Shown: positions 19,041 to 29,343 of the stretch, piece by piece
Layout: each line of letters opens with the position of its first letter
How positions within the stretch are numbered: the first letter of the stretch is position 1
Origin: an uncultured Bacteroidales bacterium
GTDB lineage: Bacteria > Bacteroidota > Bacteroidia > Bacteroidales > CAYTAU01
DNA length: 64,000 nt
Assembly: GCA_964435855.1 (NCBI GenBank)
Contig: CAYTAU010000004.1
Coordinates: 15,297 to 79,296 of the forward strand
Direction: 5' to 3'
Made by a program: the position numbers and the translations under genes
The notes under the pieces: generated by a model
What the model saw: the letters and a program-made list of their open reading frames with translations, nothing else
Databases searched by the model: none
Told to the model about the DNA's origin: nothing

Positions 19041-19116
19041 CGGGGTGTAGCTCAGCATGGTTTAGAGTACTGGTCTGGGGGACCAGGGGTCGAAAGTTCA
19101 AATCTTTTCACCCCGA
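19041..19116 (+). tRNA. tRNA-Pro (anticodon GGG)
   Basis: A 76-nt cloverleaf folded by hand. Acceptor CGGGGTG/CACCCCG, D arm GCTC..GAGT, anticodon stem CTGGT/ACCAG with loop CTGGGGG (anticodon GGG, G37). T arm GAAAG-TTCAAAT-CTTTT, discriminator A. CCA is not encoded. A TAATTTTG -7 box sits at 19014-19021. Confidence 0.92.
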
Positions 19117-19124
19117 CAAAGCCA

Positions 19125-19156
19125 AAGCCTGTCTAAAAAGTGATAGGCTTTTTTTG
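19125..19156 (+). terminator. terminator after tRNA-Pro
   Basis: AAGCCTGTC ... GATAGGCTT forms a 9-bp stem with one G-T pair, followed by TTTTTTTG. Confidence 0.7.
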
Positions 19157-19231
19157 TTGGCAGAAACCGAATATCCTCTATGGTTCTGATACTCATGAGA
19201 TAAACAAAAAAAGTCAGAGTCACCGTATTTA

Positions 19232-19261
19232 TTGAATAAAACCACGTCCTGAGGACGTGGT
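19232..19261 (-). terminator. rho-independent terminator on the minus strand downstream of folD
   Basis: The minus strand reads ACCACGTCC-TCAG-GGACGTGGT followed by TTTTATTC. Confidence 0.65.
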
Positions 19262-19381
19262 CATATTCTTTTGGCTATGCCTTCTGATAAGCGACATGCC
19301 ACCTTCTTAGAAGGTGGTGGTTGACTACCAAATTTAACATCCCAACAGGTCTGTATTAGTACAAACAAATTGGTATAGTAA

Positions 19382-20263
19382 TTAGGAATAAATTTCTTTT
19401 TTAGCAGATAATAAAGTATTTTTCAGTAATGAAACAATTGTCATTGGTCCCACTCCACCAGGAACAGGTGTTATGTAACTGCATTTTGGAGCAACCTCAT
19501 CAAATTTTGCATCACCTATTAATTTCCATCCTGATTTTGTTTTGTCTGATTTTACTCTTGTAATACCTACATCAATAACAACAGCTCCTTGCTTAACCAT
19601 ATCGCCAGTTAGAAATTCCGGACTTCCCAGAGCTGCAATAATAATATCAGCATTCTTAGTAATTTCGCCTAAATTTTTTGTTCTGCTATGACAAACAGTA
19701 ACAGTGCAATTACCAGGATATGCTTTTCTTGACATTAATACATTCATAGGTTTTCCCACGATATTACTGCGTCCAATAATTACACAACTTTTACCTTCAG
19801 TTTCAATATTATAACGCTTAATAAGGTCTATAATTCCAGCAGGAGTAGCAGAAACAAAACAAGGCAAGCCTATCATCATTCTTCCCACATTAACAGGGTG
19901 AAAACCATCAACATCTTTTTCAGGAGCAATAGTTTCAATAACTTTATGTTCGGAAATATGCTTTGGCAAAGGCAACTGAACTATAAGTCCGTCAATATCA
20001 TCATCTTTGTTAATTTCTATTACTTTTTCAAGCAATTCTTCTTCTGTAATATTATCTTCAAATCGTAATACCGTTGAAATAAAACCAGCATTTGCACAAG
20101 CCTTTTCTTTGTGTCCAACATAGGTTTCACTGGCACCATCGTGCCCAACTAGAATTGCAACAAGATTAGGAGTTTTTCCTCCTTGTTCTTTAAATTTTTT
20201 CACTTCTTCTGCGATTTCCAGTTTAATTTCTTTTGAAATTTGTTTACCGTCAATTAGTTCCAT
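19382..20263 (-). CDS. folD: bifunctional methylenetetrahydrofolate dehydrogenase / methenyl-THF cyclohydrolase
   Basis: [14 protein letters not shown]...[53 protein letters not shown] and [11 protein letters not shown]. 293 aa. Confidence 0.95.
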   Translation of the reverse strand: MELIDGKQISKEIKLEIAEEVKKFKEQGGKTPNLVAILVGHDGASETYVGHKEKACANAGFISTVLRFEDNITEEELLEKVIEINKDDDIDGLIVQLPLPKHISEHKVIETIAPEKDVDGFHPVNVGRMMIGLPCFVSATPAGIIDLIKRYNIETEGKSCVIIGRSNIVGKPMNVLMSRKAYPGNCTVTVCHSRTKNLGEITKNADIIIAALGSPEFLTGDMVKQGAVVIDVGITRVKSDKTKSGWKLIGDAKFDEVAPKCSYITPVPGGVGPMTIVSLLKNTLLSAKKEIYS

Positions 20264-20292
20264 AATTATATAATTTTAAAAATTAAAATAAA

Positions 20293-20363
20293 AAGTTGAC
20301 AGCAGGCAATTAACAGTAGGCTCCGAGTGTTCTGGGTCAACTGTTAATTGTCAATTGTCAATT
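20293..20363. repeat. palindromic repeat (GTTGACAG/GGCAATT family, copy B) between fhs and folD
   Basis: AAGTTGACAGCAGGCAATTAACAGT here matches AAGTTGACAGTAGGCAATTGATAGT at 14903. It shares the ...TGTTAATTGTCAA... tail. AGTTGAC (20294-20300) pairs with GTCAACT (20336-20342). On the minus strand the stem is followed by TTTTATTTTAATT. Confidence 0.5.
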
Positions 20364-20370
20364 TATAGGC

Positions 20371-22143
20371 TTAGAATAAACCTTTTACTTTTCCTGTTTC
20401 TACATCAACATCAATATTTCTGAAAGCTGCATTTGACCCTGTTCCAGGCATTAATTTAATATCACCTGCAACTGGTACAACAAACCCTGCTCCCTGATAT
20501 GTAAGAATATCTTTTATTGGTAAAGTCCAGCCTTTTGGTCTTCCTTTAAGTGCAGGATTGTGAGTTAAGCTTAGATGTGTTTTTGCCATACAAGGTCCTA
20601 AATCTTTAAGATTTGGATCAGATTCTATTTTGGTGATTTTATCCTGTGCTAATTTTGAATATGTAACTCCATCAGCACCATAAATTTCAGTGGCAATTTT
20701 TTCTACTTTTTTACTAAATGGAATTTCTATATCATATAAAAATTTGAAATTCGGTTCTTCATTAGTAGCTTCAATAACTTTTTCAGCAAGTTCAATAGCT
20801 CCTTCGCCTCCTTTTTCCCAATGTTTACTAACAGCAAATCTTGCACCTTTAGCTTCAACAGCTTTTCTAATTAAATCAATTTCTTCATCTGTATCAGTAT
20901 AAAAATGATTTAAACAAACTACCGGAGGAATACCGCTTTTCTGAACTGTTTCAATATGAGAATAAAGATTTTCCAGTCCTTTTTCAACAAGTTCAGTATT
21001 TTTTTCAATATATACTTTATCCAAATCTTTTCCAGGCACAACAGAAGGACCTCCGCCATGCATTTTTAAAGCTCTTATAGTAGCAACAATAACAACACAA
21101 TTAGGTTTTAATTTACTGAAACGTGTTTTAAGATTCCAAAATTTTTCAAAACCAATATCTGCACCAAATCCACTTTCTGTAATATGATAATCAGAAAGTT
21201 TCAATCCAACATAATCTGCAATAATTGATGATTGTCCGATTGCAATATTAGCAAATGGACCTGCATGAACAAATACAGGTTGACCTTCAATTGTTTGTAA
21301 AAGCGATGGATTTATTGCTTTAGCCATAATAGCAGTCATTGCACCATCAACTTCTATATCTGCAGTAGTAACAGGTGTAGCAGCTTTAGATTTTTCATAT
21401 CCAACAACAATCTTACCCATTCTTTCTCTCATATCTTTTAAGCTTGTAGAGACAGCAAGGATAGCCATAATTTCGGATGAAACAGTAATTCTAAATCCGC
21501 TTTTCATCATAAAACCATCCATTTTACTGCCAAGAGCAATAATAATCTCTCTTAATGCCTGTGCTGAAAAATCAAGAACCCATGATATTGGAACTGTACG
21601 TGGGTCAATATTTAGTCTTTTCCAACCTCTTTTTTCAAGAAAATTATCAGAATAATTAAATTCATGTTGTAATCTGCTGGTAAGAGCAACCATAGAAAGG
21701 TTATGAGCATTAGTTATAGCATCAATATCTCCGGTTAAACCAAGACTAAATTCTGTTAATGGAATACATTGAGCCAGTCCGCCACCTGCAGCCGAACCTT
21801 TAATGTTAAATGTAGGACCACCGGATGGTTGTCTTATTGCTCCACTAACTTTTTTATTTAGCTTTCCTAAACCCTGAACAAGTCCCATTGTTGTAGTAGT
21901 TTTACCTTCGCCTAAGGGTGTTGGTGTTATAGCAGTAACATCAATATACTTGCCATCTGGTTTATTTTGAAGACGATTCAAAATATTCATGAAATCCACT
22001 TTCCCAATATAATGTCCGTAAGGAAGAAGTTCCATTTTTTCTAAACCAATTTCTTCGGCTAACTGGTAAATCGTTTTCATACCTTCTTCTGCGGCTTCGG
22101 CTATTTGCCAATCTTTAAGTTTTGTAGGATCTAATTTTTCCAT
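20371..22143 (-). CDS. fhs: formate--tetrahydrofolate ligase
   Basis: [17 protein letters not shown] (P-loop), [26 protein letters not shown] and [15 protein letters not shown]. 590 aa. Confidence 0.95.
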   Translation of the reverse strand: MEKLDPTKLKDWQIAEAAEEGMKTIYQLAEEIGLEKMELLPYGHYIGKVDFMNILNRLQNKPDGKYIDVTAITPTPLGEGKTTTTMGLVQGLGKLNKKVSGAIRQPSGGPTFNIKGSAAGGGLAQCIPLTEFSLGLTGDIDAITNAHNLSMVALTSRLQHEFNYSDNFLEKRGWKRLNIDPRTVPISWVLDFSAQALREIIIALGSKMDGFMMKSGFRITVSSEIMAILAVSTSLKDMRERMGKIVVGYEKSKAATPVTTADIEVDGAMTAIMAKAINPSLLQTIEGQPVFVHAGPFANIAIGQSSIIADYVGLKLSDYHITESGFGADIGFEKFWNLKTRFSKLKPNCVVIVATIRALKMHGGGPSVVPGKDLDKVYIEKNTELVEKGLENLYSHIETVQKSGIPPVVCLNHFYTDTDEEIDLIRKAVEAKGARFAVSKHWEKGGEGAIELAEKVIEATNEEPNFKFLYDIEIPFSKKVEKIATEIYGADGVTYSKLAQDKITKIESDPNLKDLGPCMAKTHLSLTHNPALKGRPKGWTLPIKDILTYQGAGFVVPVAGDIKLMPGTGSNAAFRNIDVDVETGKVKGLF

Positions 22144-22253
22144 AATCTAATTTTATTTATTTTCAGTTAAATAATAATTTTTTTTCAAAAATAATACTTT
22201 AATTCAGATATTAAAAAATATTTTAGTAATAATTTTATTACACTGGAAAGAAG

Positions 22254-22373
22254 TTATACCAAACTTGACAACAAGTAGGGAAAAATAAATATTTCCAAAC
22301 TTGTTGTATGTCGGCATTAACCAAATCAATGTCATCAACCTATTTTCAATATCTTGATGGTGGTTTGGTATAA
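22254..22373. repeat. 120-bp element with 11-bp terminal inverted repeats and two internal hairpins (MITE or structured RNA candidate)
   Basis: TTATACCAAAC (22254-22264) is the inverse of GTTTGGTATAA (22363-22373). An inner ACAACAAGT (22268-22276) pairs with ACTTGTTGT (22299-22307), and CATCAA pairs with TTGATG (about 22333-22358). CCAAACTTG occurs twice. Confidence 0.4.
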
Positions 22374-22478
22374 GTTTCATCGGAACGACTTATTAAAATA
22401 GGTGAAAAATTTTATGTTTGTCTTGGTTCTTATGTTGTTAATACTTTTCACTAATTTTACAAACTCTAATAAAGATTA

Positions 22479-24503
22479 ATGGATTTTAAATTAACATCAG
22501 AATATAAACCCACAGGTGATCAACCTGAAGCAATTCAGCAACTTGTAGAAGGTGTAAATAATGGTGATAAATTCCAAACACTGCTTGGTGTTACAGGTTC
22601 GGGTAAAACATTTACTGTTGCAAACGTAATTCAGCAAGTTCAAAAACCGGTATTGGTATTAAGTCATAATAAAACTCTTGCAGCACAGCTTTATGGTGAG
22701 TTTAAACAATTTTTCCCTAATAATGCAGTAGAATATTTTGTTTCGTATTATGATTATTATCAACCTGAAGCATATATGCCTGTAACAGGTACTTATATAG
22801 AAAAAGATCTTTCTATCAACGATGAAATTGAAAAACTCCGATTAAGCACAACATCATCTTTGCTTTCGGGCAGGAGCGATGTTATTGTTGTTTCGTCGGT
22901 TTCATGTATATACGGTATTGGAAACCCTGATGATTTTCATGAAAATCTGATAAAGATAAAACAAGGGAATGTAATCAGCAGGAATCAATTTTTAAGAAGC
23001 TTAGTTGACGCTCTTTATTCAAGGACAGAAATGGAGTTGAAAAGAGGACAATTTCGTGTGCGTGGCGATACAGTTGATATTTACCTTGCTTATGATGACA
23101 TTGCTTTCAGGGTAGTTTTTTGGGGCGATGAAATTGAAGAAATTTCAATTATTGATCCGCATAATGGAAACACTATTGAAGTAGTACAGCAAGCTATAAT
23201 ATTTCCTGCAACAATTTTTATAACTTCAAAGCACAGAATGAATACTGCAATAAAGCAGATACAAGACGATCTGTTTGATCAAATAGAGTTTTTTAAGAAT
23301 ACAGAAAGGAGCTTGGAAGCTAAAAGGATTGAAGACCGTGTAACTTTTGATATTGAAATGATAAAAGAACTTGGACATTGTTCAGGTATTGAAAATTATT
23401 CAAGATATTTTGACGGAAGAAAACAAGGTGCCAGACCTTTTTGTTTGTTAGATTATTTTCCAAAAGATTATCTTTTTATTGTTGATGAAAGCCATGTTGC
23501 TATGCCACAGGTAAGGGCAATGTATGGTGGTGACAGGTCTCGTAAAGAAAATCTGATAGATTATGGTTTTCGTTTGCCTGCTGCAATGGATAACAGGCCT
23601 TTACGTTTTGATGAATTTGAGACAATAATGAATCAAACAATATTTGTTAGCGCCACACCTGCCGACTACGAAATGCAAAAGTGCGATGGAGTAGTTGTTG
23701 ATCAGGTAATTCGCCCTACAGGTTTGCTCGATCCTGAAATAGATGTAAGGCCAAGTATAAACCAGATTGATGATTTGCTTGCAGAAGTAAATAAAAGAGC
23801 AGAAATTGATGAGCGGGTTTTGGTAACAACTCTTACAAAACGTATGGCAGAAGAGTTGACCAAATATTTTACCAAATTAAATGTTCGTTGCCGATATATC
23901 CATTCTGATATTGATACCCTTGAACGTGTAGAAATTATGGAGCAGTTACGCAAAGGTATGTTTGATGTTCTAATAGGCATAAACTTGCTTCGTGAGGGTT
24001 TGGATTTACCAGAAGTATCGCTTGTAGCCATATTAGATGCCGATAAAGAGGGATTTTTAAGAGATGCACGTTCATTAACGCAGACATCGGGCAGGGCTGC
24101 GAGAAACATTAATGGTAAAGTAATAATGTATGCCGATAAGATTACTCGTTCAATGCAAATTACTATTAATGAAACCAATCGTCGCAGAGAAAAACAATTT
24201 AAATATAATCAGGAAAACAATATTACACCTAGTCAGATAGTTAAAGCATCTAAAAATGTAATGGACAAAACTATTGATAAACTAAAACAAGGTAGAGAAT
24301 ACGTTGAAAACAGTATTGTAAATATTGCTGCTGATCCTGTTGTGCAGTATATGAATAACGATGCTTTGTTAAAAGCTATTGAGAAGTCAGAAAGGTTAAT
24401 GAAAAAAGCCTCTAAGGAACTCAATTTTATTGATGCAGCACGTTATAGAGATGAAATTATTGTATTACAAGATTTGTTGAAAAACAAACAAGAAATTGAT
24501 TAA
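22479..24503 (+). CDS. uvrB: excinuclease ABC subunit B
   Basis: F.L.S.Y.P.GDQP.AI, LLGVTGSGKTFT, YYDYYQPEAY, VDESHV, helicase motifs, and a C-terminal UVR domain (AARYRDEI). 674 aa. Confidence 0.97.
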   Translation: MDFKLTSEYKPTGDQPEAIQQLVEGVNNGDKFQTLLGVTGSGKTFTVANVIQQVQKPVLVLSHNKTLAAQLYGEFKQFFPNNAVEYFVSYYDYYQPEAYMPVTGTYIEKDLSINDEIEKLRLSTTSSLLSGRSDVIVVSSVSCIYGIGNPDDFHENLIKIKQGNVISRNQFLRSLVDALYSRTEMELKRGQFRVRGDTVDIYLAYDDIAFRVVFWGDEIEEISIIDPHNGNTIEVVQQAIIFPATIFITSKHRMNTAIKQIQDDLFDQIEFFKNTERSLEAKRIEDRVTFDIEMIKELGHCSGIENYSRYFDGRKQGARPFCLLDYFPKDYLFIVDESHVAMPQVRAMYGGDRSRKENLIDYGFRLPAAMDNRPLRFDEFETIMNQTIFVSATPADYEMQKCDGVVVDQVIRPTGLLDPEIDVRPSINQIDDLLAEVNKRAEIDERVLVTTLTKRMAEELTKYFTKLNVRCRYIHSDIDTLERVEIMEQLRKGMFDVLIGINLLREGLDLPEVSLVAILDADKEGFLRDARSLTQTSGRAARNINGKVIMYADKITRSMQITINETNRRREKQFKYNQENNITPSQIVKASKNVMDKTIDKLKQGREYVENSIVNIAADPVVQYMNNDALLKAIEKSERLMKKASKELNFIDAARYRDEIIVLQDLLKNKQEID

Positions 24504-24516
24504 TGTGCAAATTGTT

Positions 24517-27357
24517 TTATTTCAAAGTTCTTTTAAATTCTTTTTCTTCGTAGCCTTCTATTATATCTCCAACTTTAATATCGTTATATTTCTCAATATT
24601 AAGACCGCATTCATAACCTGTTGCTACTTCTTTTGCATCGTCTTTAAAACGCTTAAGTGAACCAAGTTCACCTGTATAAACAATAATGCCGTCTCTTATA
24701 ACGCGAACTTTAGTATTACGTTTTATTTTACCATCAAGAACCATACAGCCGGCAACAGATCCTACTTTTGTGATTTTAAATACCTCACGTACTTCAACAG
24801 AACAAACAATTTCTTCTTTTATACCAGGAGAAAGCATACCTTCAAGGGCATCTTTAAGTTCATTTACAGCGTCATATATAATTGAATAAAGTCTGATATC
24901 TATTTCTTCTTTTTCTGCAAGTTTTCTAGCGCTAATAGAAGCTCTAACTTGGAATCCAATAATTATGGCATCAGATGCAGATGCAAGCAAAACATCAGAT
25001 TCTGAAATCTGTCCAACTGCTTTATGTATAACATTTATTTGAATTTCTTCTGTAGATAGCTTTATGAGTGAATCGGTAAGTGCTTCAATAGAGCCATCAA
25101 CATCTCCTTTGATAATTATATTAAGTTCTTGGAAATTACCAATTGCAATTCTTCTTCCAATTTCATCTAAAGTAATATGTTTTTGAGTTCTTAAACCTTG
25201 TTCTCTGGCAAGATGTATACGTCTGTTTGTAATTTCTTTAGCTTCGCTGAAGCTTTCCATTACATTAAATTTATCTCCAGCTTGCGGTGCTCCGTTCAAT
25301 CCTAATATTTGTACAGGTGTTGCTGGTCCTACTTCTTTTAATTTCATTTCTCGTTCATTGTACAGAGCTTTAATGTGTCCTGTGTAGTTCCCTGCAAGTA
25401 CAATATCTCCAATTTTTAGTGTTCCTGCTTCAACTAGTAATGTAGAAATATATCCTCTTCCTTTATCAAGTTCCGATTCTAATATAGTTCCAATAGCACG
25501 TTTGTTAGGGTTTGCTTTTAGTTCAAGCATTTCAGCCTCTAAAAGAATTTTTTCTAATAATTCATCAATATTTAAACCTTGTTTTGCAGATATTTCTTGT
25601 GATTGATATTTTCCACCCCAATCTTCAACCAAATAGTTCATTTTACTAAGTTCTTCTTTTATTTTTTCGGGACTTGCACTTGGTTTATCTATTTTATTAA
25701 TAGCAAAAATTATTGGCACACCTGCAGCAGATGCATGATTTATTGCTTCAATAGTTTGTGGCATAACACCATCATCTGCAGCAATAACAATAACAACTAT
25801 ATCAGTAATTTGCGCTCCCCTTGCCCTCATAGCAGTAAATGCTTCATGACCCGGAGTGTCAAGAAAAGTTATCTTTTTATCATCTTCTACATTAACGCTA
25901 TATGCTCCAATATGTTGAGTGATACCACCTGCCTCGCCTGCAATTACATTTGTATTTCTAATGTGGTCAAGCAGTCTTGTTTTACCATGGTCAACATGTC
26001 CCATTATAGTAACAATTGGAGAACGATGTACAAGGTCTTTGGGTTTGTCTTCTTCTGTTTTTATATTTTCAAGAATTTCAATACTTACAAATTCTACTAT
26101 AAAATCAAACTCATCTGCAACTAATGACATCGTTTCGGCATCTAACCTTTGATTAATAGAAACAAATAAACCTAAATTCATGCAAGTAGCAATAATTTCG
26201 TTAACAGGCACATTCATCATTGTAGATAACTCGTTTACAGAAACAAATTCTGTAACTTTTAAAATATTCTTTTCTTTTTCTTGTTTTTCTGCATCAGCTA
26301 TAACTTTTTCTTTATCTGCATCACGTTTTTCTCTTCTGTATTTCGCCCCTTTCGATTTACTTTTTGAAGTAAGTTTTTCAAGAGTTTCTTTTATATGCTT
26401 TTGTACATCTTCCTGATCAACTTCTTTTCTGAAATGTTTCTTCTTCCCTTTTGTAAATTGTTTCTTGCCCTTTTTGTCATCTTCCTGTTTTGCTTTTTCG
26501 TTAATAACAGTTACAGGTTTTTTTATACGTTTACGTTTTCTCTTTTTATTATATTCTGTTTGTTTATGAGTTTTTCCTTCTTTATCTTTTTTATCTTCTT
26601 CTTTTTTCTTTTCTTCTTTTTTAGGTAGTTCAATTTTCCCAACAACAGTTGGTCCTGTTAATTTTTCAGCTTCTGCCTTAATAACTTCTTTTTCTGCCGT
26701 TTCAGTAGATGTTTCCTGTGTTCCTTCTGTTTGCAATTCGCTTGTACCTTTTACTCTTTTTTTAGTTTTAAACTTTGCTTGTCGTTCTGTTTCTTTTTCT
26801 TTTTTGGTTTTTTTTGCAGGTCTGGTTTTTTGATTCATAGACTCCAGGTCAATTTTCCCAACTACTGTAATGTCATCTTTAGTTTTTGGAGTATCAGGTT
26901 CAAGTACTTTATCTTCTTCAACATCTTCAGTTTTCTGTTCTTGACTTTCTTCTGTTTTTTTAGTTCTTAGTTTTTTGTCCGAATCAATATCTATTTTATC
27001 AACAACCGTTAGTTTTTCATTTTGGGTTTCTGATACAATATTAGAACTGCTAAGATCTTTGATAATTAATTGGTCTTCTTCCTCATCAATTTCCTGTTCA
27101 TCAATATCGTCAGTTGGAGTAATTTCGTGTTTTTCCTGATGAATTTTTTGACTCAATTCTTCCGATTTCTTTTTAATAGAAATATCTGAACTGTATTCGT
27201 CGAAGAGCATATCATATACCTCTGAAGAAATTTTAGTATTCGGATTAGATTCTATTTCAATCCCTTTATTGTTAAGAAATTCAATAATAGTTGAAATCCC
27301 AACATTAAATTCTTTTGCAGCTTTACTTAGCCTTGTTCCTTTGCCTTCTTTTGCCAT
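24517..27357 (-). CDS. infB: translation initiation factor IF-2
   Basis: Lys/Glu-rich N-terminal region, then the GTPase domain [24 protein letters not shown] and NKIDK. C-terminal domains end ...[12 protein letters not shown]. 946 aa, in rimP-nusA-infB order. Confidence 0.97.
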   Translation of the reverse strand: MAKEGKGTRLSKAAKEFNVGISTIIEFLNNKGIEIESNPNTKISSEVYDMLFDEYSSDISIKKKSEELSQKIHQEKHEITPTDDIDEQEIDEEEDQLIIKDLSSSNIVSETQNEKLTVVDKIDIDSDKKLRTKKTEESQEQKTEDVEEDKVLEPDTPKTKDDITVVGKIDLESMNQKTRPAKKTKKEKETERQAKFKTKKRVKGTSELQTEGTQETSTETAEKEVIKAEAEKLTGPTVVGKIELPKKEEKKKEEDKKDKEGKTHKQTEYNKKRKRKRIKKPVTVINEKAKQEDDKKGKKQFTKGKKKHFRKEVDQEDVQKHIKETLEKLTSKSKSKGAKYRREKRDADKEKVIADAEKQEKEKNILKVTEFVSVNELSTMMNVPVNEIIATCMNLGLFVSINQRLDAETMSLVADEFDFIVEFVSIEILENIKTEEDKPKDLVHRSPIVTIMGHVDHGKTRLLDHIRNTNVIAGEAGGITQHIGAYSVNVEDDKKITFLDTPGHEAFTAMRARGAQITDIVVIVIAADDGVMPQTIEAINHASAAGVPIIFAINKIDKPSASPEKIKEELSKMNYLVEDWGGKYQSQEISAKQGLNIDELLEKILLEAEMLELKANPNKRAIGTILESELDKGRGYISTLLVEAGTLKIGDIVLAGNYTGHIKALYNEREMKLKEVGPATPVQILGLNGAPQAGDKFNVMESFSEAKEITNRRIHLAREQGLRTQKHITLDEIGRRIAIGNFQELNIIIKGDVDGSIEALTDSLIKLSTEEIQINVIHKAVGQISESDVLLASASDAIIIGFQVRASISARKLAEKEEIDIRLYSIIYDAVNELKDALEGMLSPGIKEEIVCSVEVREVFKITKVGSVAGCMVLDGKIKRNTKVRVIRDGIIVYTGELGSLKRFKDDAKEVATGYECGLNIEKYNDIKVGDIIEGYEEKEFKRTLK

Positions 27358-27415
27358 ATACTGATTAAAATCTTATCGAATAATTAATCTAATTGAAAAA
27401 TATATAAATAATTCT

Positions 27416-28654
27416 CTATTCAAATTCAGCTTTAATAACATTTAAAACATTATTTATTGTTTCTTCTTCAAAATCGGTACGTTTCATCAATTCTTCAACT
27501 GATAATTCTAAAACACTTTTTGCTGTATCACAACCAATTGCTTTTAATCCATCAATTACCCAATCTTCAATTTCATCAACAAATTCATCAAGATTTACAT
27601 CATCTTCGTCACTTTCTTCAATATCTCTATAAACATCTAATTCATATCCACTCAATAAACTTGCTAATTTAATGTTTAATCCACCTTTCCCAATTGCCAG
27701 AGAAACTTGATCTGGGTCTAAAAAAACCTCTGCTTTCATTTCTTCTTCATTAAATTTAATTGAAGTAACTTTTGCAGGACTTAATGATCTTGTAATATAC
27801 AAGTGCATATTGTTTGTATAATTTATTACATCAATGTTTTCATTTCTCAATTCTCTTACAATACCATGAATTCTTGAGCCTTTCATTCCAACACATGCTC
27901 CAACAGGATCTATTCTTTCATCATAAGATTCAACGGCCACTTTAGCTCTTTCTCCGGGAATTCTTACAATTTTTTTAATTGTAATTAATCCATCAAATAT
28001 TTCCGGTACTTCCAACTCAAAAAGTCTCTCAATTAAAATAGGAGTGGTGCGTGATAAAGTAATTAATGGAACATTGTTTTTCATTTCAACATTTATCACA
28101 ATAGCTCTTAATGTATCTCCTTTTCTGAAAAAATCAGTAGGTATTTGTTCTGTCTTTGGCAAAATAAGTTCGTTACCCTCGTCATCTAACAATAATATCT
28201 CTTTTTTCCATATCTGATATACTTCTGCTGTAACAATATCTCCTATTTTGTCTTTGTATTTTGAAAAAACATTATTTTTTTCCAGTTCAAGTATTTTTGA
28301 TGCTAAATTTTGTCTTAACGAAAGAATTGCTCTTCTTCCAAAATCAGCGAGTTTTACCTCATCTGTAAAATCTTCACCTATTTCATAATCATCATCAACT
28401 TTAATAGCATCAGATAAAGCAATTTGTAAGTTTTTATCCTCAATTTTATCATCTTCTACGACTTCACGATTTCTCCAAATTTCAAAATCACCCTTATCAA
28501 TATTTATAATAATATCAAAATTCTCATCGGTACCATATCGTCTTTCTAAAATACTTCTAAATACATCTTCCAACACTGTCATCATTGTTGCACGATCAAT
28601 ATTTTTCAACTCTTTAAATTCAGAAAAAGTTTCTATTAAATTTAAATTTTCCAT
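27416..28654 (-). CDS. nusA: transcription termination/antitermination factor NusA
   Basis: N-terminal domain, S1 (GDIVTAEVYQ...) and KH domains (DPVGACVGMKGSRIHGIVREL, SLAIGKGGLNIKLASLL). 412 aa. Confidence 0.95.
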   Translation of the reverse strand: MENLNLIETFSEFKELKNIDRATMMTVLEDVFRSILERRYGTDENFDIIINIDKGDFEIWRNREVVEDDKIEDKNLQIALSDAIKVDDDYEIGEDFTDEVKLADFGRRAILSLRQNLASKILELEKNNVFSKYKDKIGDIVTAEVYQIWKKEILLLDDEGNELILPKTEQIPTDFFRKGDTLRAIVINVEMKNNVPLITLSRTTPILIERLFELEVPEIFDGLITIKKIVRIPGERAKVAVESYDERIDPVGACVGMKGSRIHGIVRELRNENIDVINYTNNMHLYITRSLSPAKVTSIKFNEEEMKAEVFLDPDQVSLAIGKGGLNIKLASLLSGYELDVYRDIEESDEDDVNLDEFVDEIEDWVIDGLKAIGCDTAKSVLELSVEELMKRTDFEEETINNVLNVIKAEFE

Positions 28655-28660
28655 TTTTTT

Positions 28661-29125
28661 CTATTTAAACTTTACAACTAATTTTGTTGATTTTATAATT
28701 TTTTCATCAAATTCAATAGCCTTGATTACTGTTTCTTTTTTTTTGCTATTTTTATTTTGAACCTTTTTACTCTCTTCAATTTTTATAATATTATTTTCAA
28801 ATCCTATCAATTTCCCAAATTGTTTTTCTCCATTATTTAATAATAACTCAACATCATTTCCCACATTCTTAAAATACTGTTCTTCAACCATAAATGCTTG
28901 CCCTATTCCCGGTGAAGAAACATTGATCTCATATTCATCAAGTTTTTCTTCAAAGCTTTTTAAAATATGCCTGCTTATTTTGGAACAGTCTTTTATTGTA
29001 ATTCCTTTATCACTATCAATTAGTAATGTTATTTTTTTAGCAGAACTAATTGTAAGATCAACAATAAAAATATCTTGCTCTTTAAAGTCAATAACCAATT
29101 TTAATATTTCTTCCTGCAAATTCAT
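28661..29125 (-). CDS. rimP: ribosome maturation factor RimP
   Basis: 154 aa immediately upstream of nusA. SSPGIGQAF matches the RimP EVSSPG-type motif. Confidence 0.85.
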   Translation of the reverse strand: MNLQEEILKLVIDFKEQDIFIVDLTISSAKKITLLIDSDKGITIKDCSKISRHILKSFEEKLDEYEINVSSPGIGQAFMVEEQYFKNVGNDVELLLNNGEKQFGKLIGFENNIIKIEESKKVQNKNSKKKETVIKAIEFDEKIIKSTKLVVKFK

Positions 29126-29138
29126 TAAATTATTATTT

Positions 29139-29165
29139 CAATAAAATAGGGGACTTTTGTCCCCT
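29139..29165 (-). terminator. intrinsic-terminator-like hairpin inside the rimP-nusA-infB leader (candidate attenuator)
   Basis: The minus strand reads AGGGGAC-AAAA-GTCCCCT followed by ATTTTATTG, 13 nt before the rimP ATG (29123-29125). A TAGTTTTG -7 box (complement of 29193-29200) lies upstream of the hairpin. Confidence 0.55.
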
Positions 29166-29343
29166 TAAAATCAAACCCTACTATTAAGCGTGCAAAACTA
29201 TGTAAAAAAAAGTTAAAATAAAAATAAATACATAATTGATTATTAGGCAATAAGGGATTGCGCCTGTGTTTCAGCCAATTACTGTGTGAAAAATAAAGCT
29301 GGAAAATTGCAATATAGCTTGTTTTTTACACAAAATATGAATA

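Noticed and set aside
19262-19310. SRP (4.5S) RNA suspected because the minus strand reads CAGAAGGCATAGCCAAAAG, vaguely like GGAAGGAAGCAGCCAAGG
   Set aside because: The GNRA-capped helix-8 symmetric and asymmetric loop motifs (AGCAG, GGAA tetraloop) are absent, and the flanking helices do not pair as in SRP RNA.
22144-22478. Possible ZTP (pfl-motif) or THF riboswitch in front of fhs, since one-carbon genes are typical targets
   Set aside because: I could not find the conserved ZTP 3' element (CCGCCTGGGC-like) or any GC-rich pseudoknot core on the minus strand. A plausible fhs promoter box (complement of 22186-22193) lies between the structured element and the gene.
25603-26970. Series of plus-strand ORFs (67-173 aa) inside infB, and similar antisense ORFs in uvrB (23702-24178), the 443-aa low-complexity gene (42797-43312), the S8 protease gene and others
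   Set aside because: All lie antisense to genes with strong, recognisable protein signatures. They have low-complexity or Cys/Phe/Ile-rich compositions typical of antisense frames in AT-rich DNA.
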